Origin: a virus
Taxonomy: Duplodnaviria > Heunggongvirae > Uroviricota > Caudoviricetes
Length of the DNA: 14,762 nt
Reading direction: 5' to 3' (one strand)
IMG/VR virus record: IMGVR_UViG_2684622581_000004
Coordinates: 1 to 14,762 of that record
A program made the position numbers and the translations under genes. Positions 1 to 6,688 of the stretch are shown in pieces. Each line of letters begins with the position of its first letter. Within the stretch, counting starts at the first letter, position 1. Under the pieces are notes generated by a model. That model saw only the letters and a list, made by a program, of their open reading frames with translations, had not been told where the DNA came from and did no database searches.

Positions 1-1248
1 ATGGCACTGAATATTCCATTCAGAAATGCGTACTATCGTTTTGCATCCAGTTACTCATTTCTCTTTTTTATTTCCTGGTCGCTGTGGTGGTCGTTATACG
101 CTATTTGGCTGAAAGGACATCTAGGGTTGACAGGGACGGAATTAGGTACACTTTATTCGGTCAACCAGTTTACCAGCATTCTATTTATGATGTTCTACGG
201 CATCGTTCAGGATAAACTCGGTCTGAAGAAACCGCTCATCTGGTGTATGAGTTTCATCCTGGTCTTGACCGGACCGTTTATGATTTACGTTTATGAACCG
301 TTACTGCAAAGCAATTTTTCTGTAGGTCTAATTCTGGGGGCGCTCTTTTTTGGCCTGGGGTATCTGGCGGGATGCGGTTTGCTTGACAGCTTCACCGAAA
401 AAATGGCGCGAAATTTTCATTTCGAATATGGAACAGCGCGCGCCTGGGGATCTTTTGGCTATGCTATTGGCGCGTTCTTTGCCGGCATATTTTTTAGTAT
501 CAGTCCCCATATCAACTTCTGGTTGGTCTCGCTATTTGGCGCTGTATTTATGATGATCAACATGTGTTTTAAAGATAAGGATCACCAGTGCGTAGCGGCG
601 GATGCGGGAGGGGTAAAAAAAGAGGATTTTATCGCAGTTTTCAAGGATCGAAACTTCTGGGTTTTCGTCATATTTATTGTGGGGACGTGGTCTTTCTATA
701 ACATTTTTGATCAACAACTTTTTCCTGTCTTTTATGCAGGTTTATTCGAATCACACGATGTAGGAACGCGCCTGTATGGTTATCTCAACTCATTCCAGGT
801 GGTACTCGAAGCGCTATGCATGGCGATTATTCCTTTCTTTGTGAATCGGGTAGGGCCAAAAAATGCATTACTTATCGGTGTTGTGATTATGGCGTTGCGT
901 ATCCTTTCCTGCGCGCTGTTCGTTAACCCCTGGATTATTTCATTAGTGAAGCTGTTACATGCTATTGAGGTTCCACTTTGTGTCATATCCGTCTTCAAAT
1001 ACAGCGTGGCAAATTTTGATAAGCGCCTGTCGTCGACGATCTTTCTGATTGGTTTTCAAATTGCCAGTTCGCTTGGGATTGTGCTGCTTTCAACGCCGAC
1101 TGGGATACTCTTTGACCACGCAGGCTACCAGACAGTTTTCTTCGCAATTTCGGGTATTGTCTGCCTGATGTTGCTATTTGGTATTTTCTTCTTGAGTAAA
1201 AAACGCGAGCAAATAGTTATGGAAACGCCTGTACCTTCAGCAATATAG
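1..1248 (+). CDS. cscB: Sucrose:H+ symporter (oligosaccharide:H+ symporter, LacY family, MFS)
   Basis: 415-aa ORF, highly hydrophobic with 12-TM-like pattern; N-terminus MALNIPFRNAYYRF... matches my recollection of E. coli CscB; clear LacY-family resemblance. Stop TAG at 1246-1248. Confidence 0.85.
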   Translation: MALNIPFRNAYYRFASSYSFLFFISWSLWWSLYAIWLKGHLGLTGTELGTLYSVNQFTSILFMMFYGIVQDKLGLKKPLIWCMSFILVLTGPFMIYVYEPLLQSNFSVGLILGALFFGLGYLAGCGLLDSFTEKMARNFHFEYGTARAWGSFGYAIGAFFAGIFFSISPHINFWLVSLFGAVFMMINMCFKDKDHQCVAADAGGVKKEDFIAVFKDRNFWVFVIFIVGTWSFYNIFDQQLFPVFYAGLFESHDVGTRLYGYLNSFQVVLEALCMAIIPFFVNRVGPKNALLIGVVIMALRILSCALFVNPWIISLVKLLHAIEVPLCVISVFKYSVANFDKRLSSTIFLIGFQIASSLGIVLLSTPTGILFDHAGYQTVFFAISGIVCLMLLFGIFFLSKKREQIVMETPVPSAI

Positions 1249-1256
1249 ACGTAAAC

Positions 1257-1300
1257 TTTTCCGGTTGTTGTCGATATCTCCCTATCCCTCAACCGGAAAA
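1257..1300. repeat. 11-bp perfect inverted repeat (TTTTCCGGTTG / CAACCGGAAAA) with 22-nt loop just after cscB stop
   Basis: Read directly; no U-tract follows on either strand, so not a canonical intrinsic terminator. Confidence 0.3.
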
Positions 1301-1687
1301 TAATAATACTAAAGTGCTTAGCCCTGCTAATAATCACCTAATCCAAACGCCTCATTCATGTTCTGGTACAGTCGCTCAAATGTACTTCAGATGCGCGGTT
1401 CGCTGATTTCCAGGACATTGTCGTCATTCAGCGACCTGTCCCGTGTATCACGGTCCTGCGAATTCATCAAGGAATGCATTGCGGAGTGAAGTATCGAGTC
1501 ACGCCATATTTGCTATCAGGATTCTGTGTGATGGTTACATCGCCCGGCCCAGGGCTGTTTAGTCATCAGCGCTTTCTGACAGTGCTGAGATTTCAACCTG
1601 TTGCAGTAAAAATGAGTAGATATAAGGCAAGTGTGCTGCCAAACCTATCTTTTACGGGGTGAAGGTAGATTTCGTTTGAAGGGTATC

Positions 1688-1702
1688 TGGTGTCCCCTGC
1701 AG
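1688..1702 (-). other. Prophage attR core: copy of argW tRNA-Arg 3' end (CTGCAGGGGACACCA on minus strand)
   Basis: Minus-strand 15-mer is identical to the 3' terminal sequence of argW as I recall it; lies 73 nt beyond the torI stop; core sits inside a 7-bp inverted repeat CCCCTGC...GCAGGGG (1694-1726). Confidence 0.65.
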
Positions 1703-1759
1703 ACATCTACTTGACGCGGCAGGGGATTGATTAGAATGGTGTTTTTTAGGTGTGAGAAA

Positions 1760-1781
1760 TATTTTACCCGCTATTTTACCC
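1760..1781. repeat. Tandem direct repeat TATTTTACCC x2 (12-bp period) overlapping torI 3' end, adjacent to attR
   Basis: Read directly; position between RDF gene and att core fits arm-type/RDF binding sites (inference). Confidence 0.3.
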
Positions 1782-1976
1782 ATTGGCGCGGCTTAAGAGC
1801 TTATTTTTGAATTCACAATGGTCACGATATAACCATCTTGCTCGCCCGTGGATAACTTTGGCTTTTGGCAGGTCGCCGGACTTAATCCGGTCATAGATGA
1901 AGGTTTTACCAAAGCCAGTATCAGCCATGATGAATTTCAAATCAACTAGGGAATCAGGCTGTAGTTCGTGTTGCAT
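1776..1976 (-). CDS. torI: Excisionase-like recombination directionality factor / Tor inhibitor (AlpA-Xis family winged helix)
   Basis: 66-aa ORF MQHELQPDSLVDLKFIMADTGFGKTFIYDRIKSGDLPKAKVIHGRARWLYRDH...; matches my recollection of E. coli TorI; RBS GGAG about 9 nt upstream; last gene before attR. Confidence 0.8.
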   Translation of the reverse strand: MQHELQPDSLVDLKFIMADTGFGKTFIYDRIKSGDLPKAKVIHGRARWLYRDHCEFKNKLLSRANG

Positions 1977-1995
1977 GAGTGCTATCTCCGAATAG

Positions 1996-2011
1996 GGAAT
2001 CGAACCTGCAA
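1996..2011 (-). other. 16-nt tRNA T-arm fragment (TTGCAGGTTCGATTCC) identical to the argW segment immediately 5' of the att core
   Basis: Minus-strand 16-mer in the torI promoter region; similarity does not extend into the rest of a tRNA, so this is a fragment, not a gene. Confidence 0.4.
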
Positions 2012-2107
2012 ATCAGGTAATAAAAATACGCTCAATGACGGCGATGGTAGATCAGGATATTTTAAGAAACTGACAGGCCTCATCGAGTGTGAGGCTGTAT
2101 GGCTCTA

Positions 2108-2413
2108 TTATTTCACCTCTTGTTGTGACATTGTTGAAAAATGGATACCAGCTCGTTGCTGCCAGACGATCCAACCGAGAGTCATATCCCATGCCATGTA
2201 TTCGTTATCGCCGTTTTTTGCTCTCCGACGATCTACTAAGTCACCGAAACGCTTTTCCATGAATAATTCATAAGCTTCGCGTTCATCTAGTTCTACTTCC
2301 AGAGATAGGAGTGCGATTTCATAAGCACGGCGCTCAATATCGTCTCGCACGTCAAGGCTGCTGATACGCTCTTTAATTTCTTTAATCAGTTCTTTGTCGG
2401 TAAAAGTGGTCAT
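2108..2413 (-). CDS. yfdT: Hypothetical prophage protein (YfdT-like, 101 aa)
   Basis: ORF with GGAGG RBS; start overlaps upstream stop (TAATG); size and position match K-12 CPS-53 yfdT as I recall it. Confidence 0.55.
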   Translation of the reverse strand: MTTFTDKELIKEIKERISSLDVRDDIERRAYEIALLSLEVELDEREAYELFMEKRFGDLVDRRRAKNGDNEYMAWDMTLGWIVWQQRAGIHFSTMSQQEVK

Positions 2414-2775
2414 TATGCTCCAGCCTCCGGTGCTTTTGGCATTACTGCCCAGTGAGTGATATTGACGTTTTCAAGGTCCCCGACCTGAAATGTCCACTGC
2501 CATTCTCCGGTTTCTTTTTGCCCCCAGGTGTACCAGAGAGAACGCCAGCCAATTAGCCAGCCTTCTCCGTTAGCATCGAATAACAAAACACTTTCATTTG
2601 CTGGTGGCAGTTCAGTTGACACTGGTATTGCTTTGTTTTCCTGTGCTGCACATTTAGCTTCAAGCGCATCGAATTTGCGCACCAGGTATTCAGCATCTGT
2701 TTCATTCACTTTCAGATCTCGCGGTACACATCTCCCACGAAGAAACCCTTCCATTTCGAAAACATTCATGCGCAT
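2413..2775 (-). CDS. yfdS: DUF551-family phage protein (YfdS-like, 120 aa)
   Basis: C-terminal W-rich motif ...GWLIGWRSLWYTWGQ...NITHWAVMP typical of DUF551; GGAG RBS; overlaps upstream gene by 10 nt. Confidence 0.6.
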   Translation of the reverse strand: MRMNVFEMEGFLRGRCVPRDLKVNETDAEYLVRKFDALEAKCAAQENKAIPVSTELPPANESVLLFDANGEGWLIGWRSLWYTWGQKETGEWQWTFQVGDLENVNITHWAVMPKAPEAGA

Positions 2776-3302
2776 TTGCGTAACTCCGATAACTCGTTAA
2801 AACGTTCCATAAACATCCCGTAGGCATGGCCCGGTGCCAGTGGAATCACGTTGAACATCTCTGTTGCCGGGATGCCTTCCAGTACAGGCCAGAAAGAGCC
2901 ATCATCAAGCCCGAGATCGCGGCGTTCGGTTGCCAGCATGATGAGATCGGCATATTTCACAGGCGTGCTCATAACCGGGGGTAACCCGTATTTCTCACGG
3001 ATTACGGCGTCTATTTTTTCTTCCATCCGTTTATAGTCAGGAAGAAGGCGTTTCAGTGGCGCGGGGATGTCCTGACAATAAGCTTCTGTTGCATCATGCA
3101 TTAACGCTTCAAAAGCAAATTCCTGCGGTACCAGCTGGCTGCAAAGCACCGCATGTTGGGCGACGCTGTAGAAGTGTGAAAGATGTCCTGCAAAGCGACA
3201 GATATTTGAAAGGGAAACCGCGATATCGTTAATATCGATGTTGTCTTTATTTATCCTGTCATAATAAAAATGCTTCCCGGAAAAAGTTTTAATAAATGAC
3301 AT
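2766..3302 (-). CDS. yfdR: HD-domain phosphohydrolase (5'-deoxynucleotidase, YfdR/YfbR-like)
   Basis: HD motifs (AQHAVL...ALMHDATEAY); start chosen at internal ATG 3302-3300 with GGAGAA RBS 5 nt upstream, giving 178 aa; the longer ORF to 3365 has no RBS. Confidence 0.7.
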   Translation of the reverse strand: MSFIKTFSGKHFYYDRINKDNIDINDIAVSLSNICRFAGHLSHFYSVAQHAVLCSQLVPQEFAFEALMHDATEAYCQDIPAPLKRLLPDYKRMEEKIDAVIREKYGLPPVMSTPVKYADLIMLATERRDLGLDDGSFWPVLEGIPATEMFNVIPLAPGHAYGMFMERFNELSELRKCA

Positions 3303-3396
3303 TTTGTTCTCCACGTTATATGCGCTGCACCGCGCTGAAATTTGGTTAAAGAAAAACCTCGCCATCAGGCGATTATTGAGTCAATTACGTTTCCAT

Positions 3397-3418
3397 AAAT
3401 GCCCCCGCAGGGGCATTT
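3397..3418 (-). terminator. Perfect 9-bp stem hairpin (AAATGCCCC-cgca-GGGGCATTT) 11 nt downstream of the yfdQ-like stop
   Basis: Read directly; weak U-tract, so a terminator or RNA-processing role is uncertain. Confidence 0.25.
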
Positions 3419-3430
3419 GCAGTAATGAAA

Positions 3431-4255
3431 TCAGGCGGTGAAAGTACCAATAAAGGTTTCTACTTTGCTGTCTTTGAACTTCTCAACAAGCAGATCACGA
3501 AATTCGTTAGCCATTTCCTCCTGCACTGCTTCCAGCTGAATAATGCGTAGTACCAGTACAGGACGATCGCCAGTGATAATGCTGAGGCGTAATTTAAACG
3601 GACGTTCTTTCAGACCTTCAAACGGAACGCATTTAAATTCAAATGCCACTGGCATAATGTCTTTGGTCTTCGCTTCGACAGACTCCATCAGGGAGCGTTT
3701 GCCGCTGAAGTCATTATCTTCAAAATCAGCTGTCTGGTTCGCTTCAATTGTGATTTTACGGATCGCCGCAGCCGCTTTGGTTGCCTGAATGGCGTCACCA
3801 TTAGCATCAAAGCCCACAAGGTAGTCGGCCCAGTCTTCAATCCATTCTGCCAGTGACTTCTGGGAGTTACGCTCGCCGTTAACAGACAACAGGGCAGAGA
3901 ACGGTGCTGTCTTTTTCAGTTTGAGAGTGGCGGTGTTATCTGCGTGACCTGGTTCATCAATAGTACCCAGGTTAAGCACACTGACGGCTCGCATATTATC
4001 GGCATCGATAAAGCAGCGGGTGCCTTCATCTGCAAGATCTTTAGAATAACGGGTAAAGTCATCGATGCTGGCAGTGGAAAGCGCACCACGGAAACGGAAG
4101 CGATTTAAATTAAATTTTTCCAGATCATGAATGCGGAAATTCTCAGGCAATGCCACAGCATCGGCACCAATCTTACTGATAATTTCATTAACACCCTGAG
4201 CAGAAATAAGGGCATGGATTTGATTAATTGTGGTTGCGTCTAAGTTCTGAGACAT
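3431..4255 (-). CDS. yfdQ: DUF2303-family prophage protein (YfdQ-like, 274 aa)
   Basis: 274-aa ORF with GAGGA RBS; size and neighbourhood match K-12 yfdQ as I recall it. Confidence 0.6.
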   Translation of the reverse strand: MSQNLDATTINQIHALISAQGVNEIISKIGADAVALPENFRIHDLEKFNLNRFRFRGALSTASIDDFTRYSKDLADEGTRCFIDADNMRAVSVLNLGTIDEPGHADNTATLKLKKTAPFSALLSVNGERNSQKSLAEWIEDWADYLVGFDANGDAIQATKAAAAIRKITIEANQTADFEDNDFSGKRSLMESVEAKTKDIMPVAFEFKCVPFEGLKERPFKLRLSIITGDRPVLVLRIIQLEAVQEEMANEFRDLLVEKFKDSKVETFIGTFTA

Positions 4256-4320
4256 AATAAGTCCTCACTATATAAAGATATTCAGTGATGAGATAAATAA
4301 TCAGTTTATTAAGAACGATA

Positions 4321-4683
4321 TTAACGACCTGCTGCGCGGAGTTTTCCGTCAGGCTCACCGGCAAGAGTCAGTAATTGTCCCTGGTCTTCCTGCAGAATAG
4401 TCAGGCGACCACCGCGATTGACATACATCGGCGTTTCGGTGGTGTCTTCTTCGGAAATTTTCCCGCGGTTAGTCGGGCGAACATATGAGAGTTTGTGTTT
4501 GATTTTCACTCGGTTCTCATCAAACGGTTCGATTTCTAGGTTGAGCGAGACCTTACCTTTGGTTCTCGTGTTCATCACACCGGAAGCGACTTCACTGAGA
4601 ACTGCGCCGATTTTGGTTTCAAATACGCCGCCGTCCAGCTCCCCGATAAATGCCTGCACATCAGTACTGCGTTCGCTAGCCAT
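4321..4683 (-). CDS. yfdP: Hypothetical prophage protein (YfdP-like, 120 aa)
   Basis: Start at ATG 4683-4681 with GAGGAG RBS 7 nt upstream; the 226-aa extension to 5001 runs through GC-rich Pro/Arg-rich sequence and is rejected. Confidence 0.55.
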   Translation of the reverse strand: MASERSTDVQAFIGELDGGVFETKIGAVLSEVASGVMNTRTKGKVSLNLEIEPFDENRVKIKHKLSYVRPTNRGKISEEDTTETPMYVNRGGRLTILQEDQGQLLTLAGEPDGKLRAAGR

Positions 4684-5151
4684 TTTGCTGCTCCTCATCA
4701 TATCGACCCTGCAAGGTCGGTTAGTTTCTCCACAAAACAGAGAAGAACACCTGCGGTGACTGCCGCCCGGATGGATTGGGTTATGAGCCCGTCGTCCGGT
4801 GATGCTCTTCTCTGTTTTGTAAAAAGGACGGTACCAGCCGGAAGCAAGGGTACAAGCTGGTACCGCCAAGACTACACACAGCATAAAGTTGTGGTGCCGG
4901 GTGCCTCCCGGTGCCTGGCGAAGGTTGCACACCAGGCGGGTGGGTATCCACAGAAGGTCGACTGTCAGCCTCAACCTTAACCCGCGTGCGCTGAGCCGCA
5001 TTCACCACAACGCTAAGGATTCTCTCTGGTTGAAAATACTTAGCTGTTATGTGCCTGCTTTTAGCCACATCAGGCGAGGTGGACCTAGTTATTCCCCAAC
5101 AACAAGGATTCGGTTAATCTGGTTATCCCCAACAACGCAAAAGGAAAAGAA
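4684..5151. other. GC-rich, hairpin-dense noncoding island (candidate structured ncRNA or cis-regulatory leader)
   Basis: No credible ORF in six frames; 15-bp perfect inverted repeat 4732-4746/4806-4820; 10-bp stem 4829-4838/4856-4865; further stems 4897-4911 and 4913-4938; direct repeats GTTATYCCCCAACAAC at 5088-5103 and 5121-5136; GC far higher than the flanking AT-rich genes. Confidence 0.45.
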
Positions 5152-5586
5152 ATGTCCGGTAATATCTATACGCTGTACAAATCCCACTGTGAAAATGTTG
5201 GAAAGTATCGGGGCATTGAAATCAGTGGGGTAGTGTCATCAGTCGAAATAAGCAAAGTTGAATCAAGGGCAACATTACTTACTCTTCTGGACCTTGTCTT
5301 ACATGAGCACCGGAAGAAATTCGGCACTCCCTATAATCAGTTGAATGGGAAAAAGGCTCTGGTTCACCTTATTCTGATGAAGCATCACTGGATGCCAAAA
5401 CAGATTAATGAGATGAAATTTGATGAACTTCTTCTTTCAATTCAGGATGAACTCACACTTGATAAAATAAGCGTAACCGCCCAGAAATTTTTAGATTATC
5501 GAGACTGGAGATCACAAATTCATCACTTTGATGATTTTGACGAAAATGAATGGGATCCTAATTTGTCTGCACAATATCTAAAGTAA
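5152..5586 (+). CDS. Orphan hypothetical protein (144 aa), AT-rich, opposite strand to the early-left operon
   Basis: ATG with AAGGA RBS 6 nt upstream; protein-like composition; no family recognised; markedly lower GC than neighbours. Confidence 0.55.
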   Translation: MSGNIYTLYKSHCENVGKYRGIEISGVVSSVEISKVESRATLLTLLDLVLHEHRKKFGTPYNQLNGKKALVHLILMKHHWMPKQINEMKFDELLLSIQDELTLDKISVTAQKFLDYRDWRSQIHHFDDFDENEWDPNLSAQYLK

Positions 5587-5764
5587 CATCCTGTGATAAA
5601 ACCGTGATTTCCTGATCCAGTTTTTTTAAGGAGTCTATTGTTTCCTGTCGATAAGACAGCACTTCACGAAGCTGGTTTATAGCTGCCAGCTTCTTTGTCA
5701 TCCACTCATAAATTTCCTCATCTGTGTAGCCAGGCGCGACGATTTTGGGTTCTGTTTTGTGCAT
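5558..5764 (-). CDS. Small acidic hypothetical protein (68 aa), first ORF downstream of PL
   Basis: ATG 5764-5762 with GAGGAG RBS at 7-nt spacing; overlaps the 3' end of the convergent 144-aa ORF by 29 nt; not Arg-rich, so not N-like. Confidence 0.5.
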   Translation of the reverse strand: MHKTEPKIVAPGYTDEEIYEWMTKKLAAINQLREVLSYRQETIDSLKKLDQEITVLSQDVTLDIVQTN

Positions 5765-5809
5765 TTCACATCTCCTCAAGTTATCAGTTACTTGTTGATG
5801 GGGACCAGA

Positions 5810-5821
5810 TTGTTAAAGAGC
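5810..5821 (-). promoter_or_regulatory. rrn-type boxA (GCTCTTTAACAA) in the PL leader; nut-like antitermination element
   Basis: Minus-strand 12-mer matches the rrn boxA core as I recall it (TGCTCTTTAACAATTTATCA); flanked by hairpins at 5824-5841 and 5776-5793. Confidence 0.5.
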
Positions 5822-5823
5822 TA

Positions 5824-5846
5824 AGCGTCCTGTAGGGCGCTTTTTT
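5824..5846 (+). terminator. Stem-loop (AGCGTCC-tgta-GGGCGCT) followed by T6: intrinsic terminator on the plus strand, or boxB-like hairpin on the leftward transcript
   Basis: 7-bp stem with one G-U pair, 4-nt loop, U-run only on the plus strand; would end the transcript of the 144-aa gene. Confidence 0.5.
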
Positions 5847-5930
5847 GTTGCTAACGAATCATCCTGGACTTCATATGCCCCAGGCGGCTACTTCGTGGGC
5901 GTCCTGCCTGTTTGTTGTTTCTCTTGGGTA

Positions 5931-5959
5931 CATTATGTATCTCAAAGGTACATTGTCAA
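5931..5959 (-). promoter_or_regulatory. Leftward early promoter PL (-35 TTGACA, 16-17 bp spacer, -10 CATAAT) overlapped by GGTACA operator half-sites
   Basis: Minus-strand hexamers read directly; GGTACA at 5927-5932 and 5947-5952 resemble the OR half-sites. Confidence 0.55.
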
Positions 5960-5998
5960 GTATAAAAAAACCTGCCGAAGCAGGTTCATAAACATTGA

Positions 5999-6673
5999 TT
6001 AGGCTTTGATTTTGTATCTTCTTGGTTTTCCTGAGAAAATCACAGTACCAATTATAGAGCAATTACCGTTGATCTTGATGTAAGGCTCAGGCCAGTTTGG
6101 GTTTAACGCTTTGAGATAACGCTGTGTCCCATCTTCTATCAACCTTTTGAAGGTGGTTTCACCTGTATCGTGCATCAATGCAATAACGTCGTCACCGTGG
6201 CAGGCAGGTACTTCAGGATCGACAAAAATCATGTCTCCCGGGCGGTACTCATCAATCATTGAATCACCTATCACCCGCAAGATATAAGTCATTTCCCCAC
6301 AGGGTACAGGGCAGGGATACGTTTCTGCTGTGCTCAAATCAACCTCAGAATATCCAACTTCTTTCCATGCTCCGGCCTGTACCCATGATATGACAGGGAC
6401 TAATGTGATTTGTTTATTAGTGATTGAAACATCAGGTTTTTTTGTGATGTTCGTTGTCTGGTGTTCTTGATCGAGCCATCCGACAGGCAGGTCGAAACAT
6501 TTTTCGATGTGTCGTGCCATGCTGTCACCGATATTTTTAGTAGCACCATCTCCCATAAACCTGCTGGTCTGGGTTGGCTCGCGATCAATCATAGTGGCAA
6601 AGGAAGAATTCCCGCCAACACCATCTCTCAGTTTTCTGGCGTTAGACCGCCGGATGTCATGGATTGTTTTCAT
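5999..6673 (-). CDS. cI: CI-like prophage repressor (N-terminal HTH, C-terminal S24 LexA-type autopeptidase)
   Basis: 224 aa; S24 catalytic Ser in VIGDSM and Lys in TFKRL; Ala-Gly candidate cleavage site (VQAGAW); divergent from a cro-like gene. Confidence 0.85.
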   Translation of the reverse strand: MKTIHDIRRSNARKLRDGVGGNSSFATMIDREPTQTSRFMGDGATKNIGDSMARHIEKCFDLPVGWLDQEHQTTNITKKPDVSITNKQITLVPVISWVQAGAWKEVGYSEVDLSTAETYPCPVPCGEMTYILRVIGDSMIDEYRPGDMIFVDPEVPACHGDDVIALMHDTGETTFKRLIEDGTQRYLKALNPNWPEPYIKINGNCSIIGTVIFSGKPRRYKIKA

Positions 6674-6688
6674 AACGAAATTAAAACC

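Noticed and set aside
1474-1662. 62-aa ORF in the cscB-attR intergenic region
   Set aside because: No RBS and an implausible composition; lies in host-prophage junction DNA.
1996-2011. tRNA gene upstream of torI
   Set aside because: Only a 16-nt T-arm match; no acceptor stem, anticodon arm or CCA end can be folded from the flanking sequence.
1968-2273. 101-aa plus-strand ORF overlapping the torI start and the yfdT-like gene
   Set aside because: Antisense to two well-supported minus-strand genes, with no RBS.
2766-3365. 199-aa version of the HD-domain gene starting at 3365
   Set aside because: No RBS at 3365, whereas the ATG at 3302 has GGAGAA at 5-nt spacing and yields 178 aa.
4321-5001. 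226-aa version of the yfdP-like ORF
   Set aside because: The N-terminal 106 aa run through the GC-rich island (Arg/Pro-rich, no RBS); the internal ATG at 4683 has a GAGGAG RBS and gives the expected 120 aa.
5088-5136. Type III toxin-antitoxin (ToxIN-like) repeat RNA upstream of the 144-aa gene
   Set aside because: Only two 15-16-nt direct repeats 33 bp apart, not a tandem array of about 36-nt units, and no terminator between the repeats and the ORF.
4684-5151. Retron (msr/msd) interpretation of the structured island
   Set aside because: No reverse transcriptase anywhere in the window; the adjacent proteins are 120 and 144 aa, and the 15-bp inverted repeats are only 59 nt apart rather than flanking a whole msr-msd unit.
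4756-5233. Track ORFs 4756-4980 (+), 4781-5068 (-) and 4889-5233 (+) inside the GC-rich island
   Set aside because: Overlapping ORFs in several frames with Pro/Arg/Gly-rich low-complexity translations and no RBS; typical GC-rich shadow ORFs over structured noncoding DNA.
5824-5846. Reading the 5824-5846 hairpin purely as a leftward terminator blocking PL
   Set aside because: The U-run is on the plus strand only; on the leftward transcript it is preceded by an A-run, so it should not terminate PL transcription. It may instead act as a boxB-like element.
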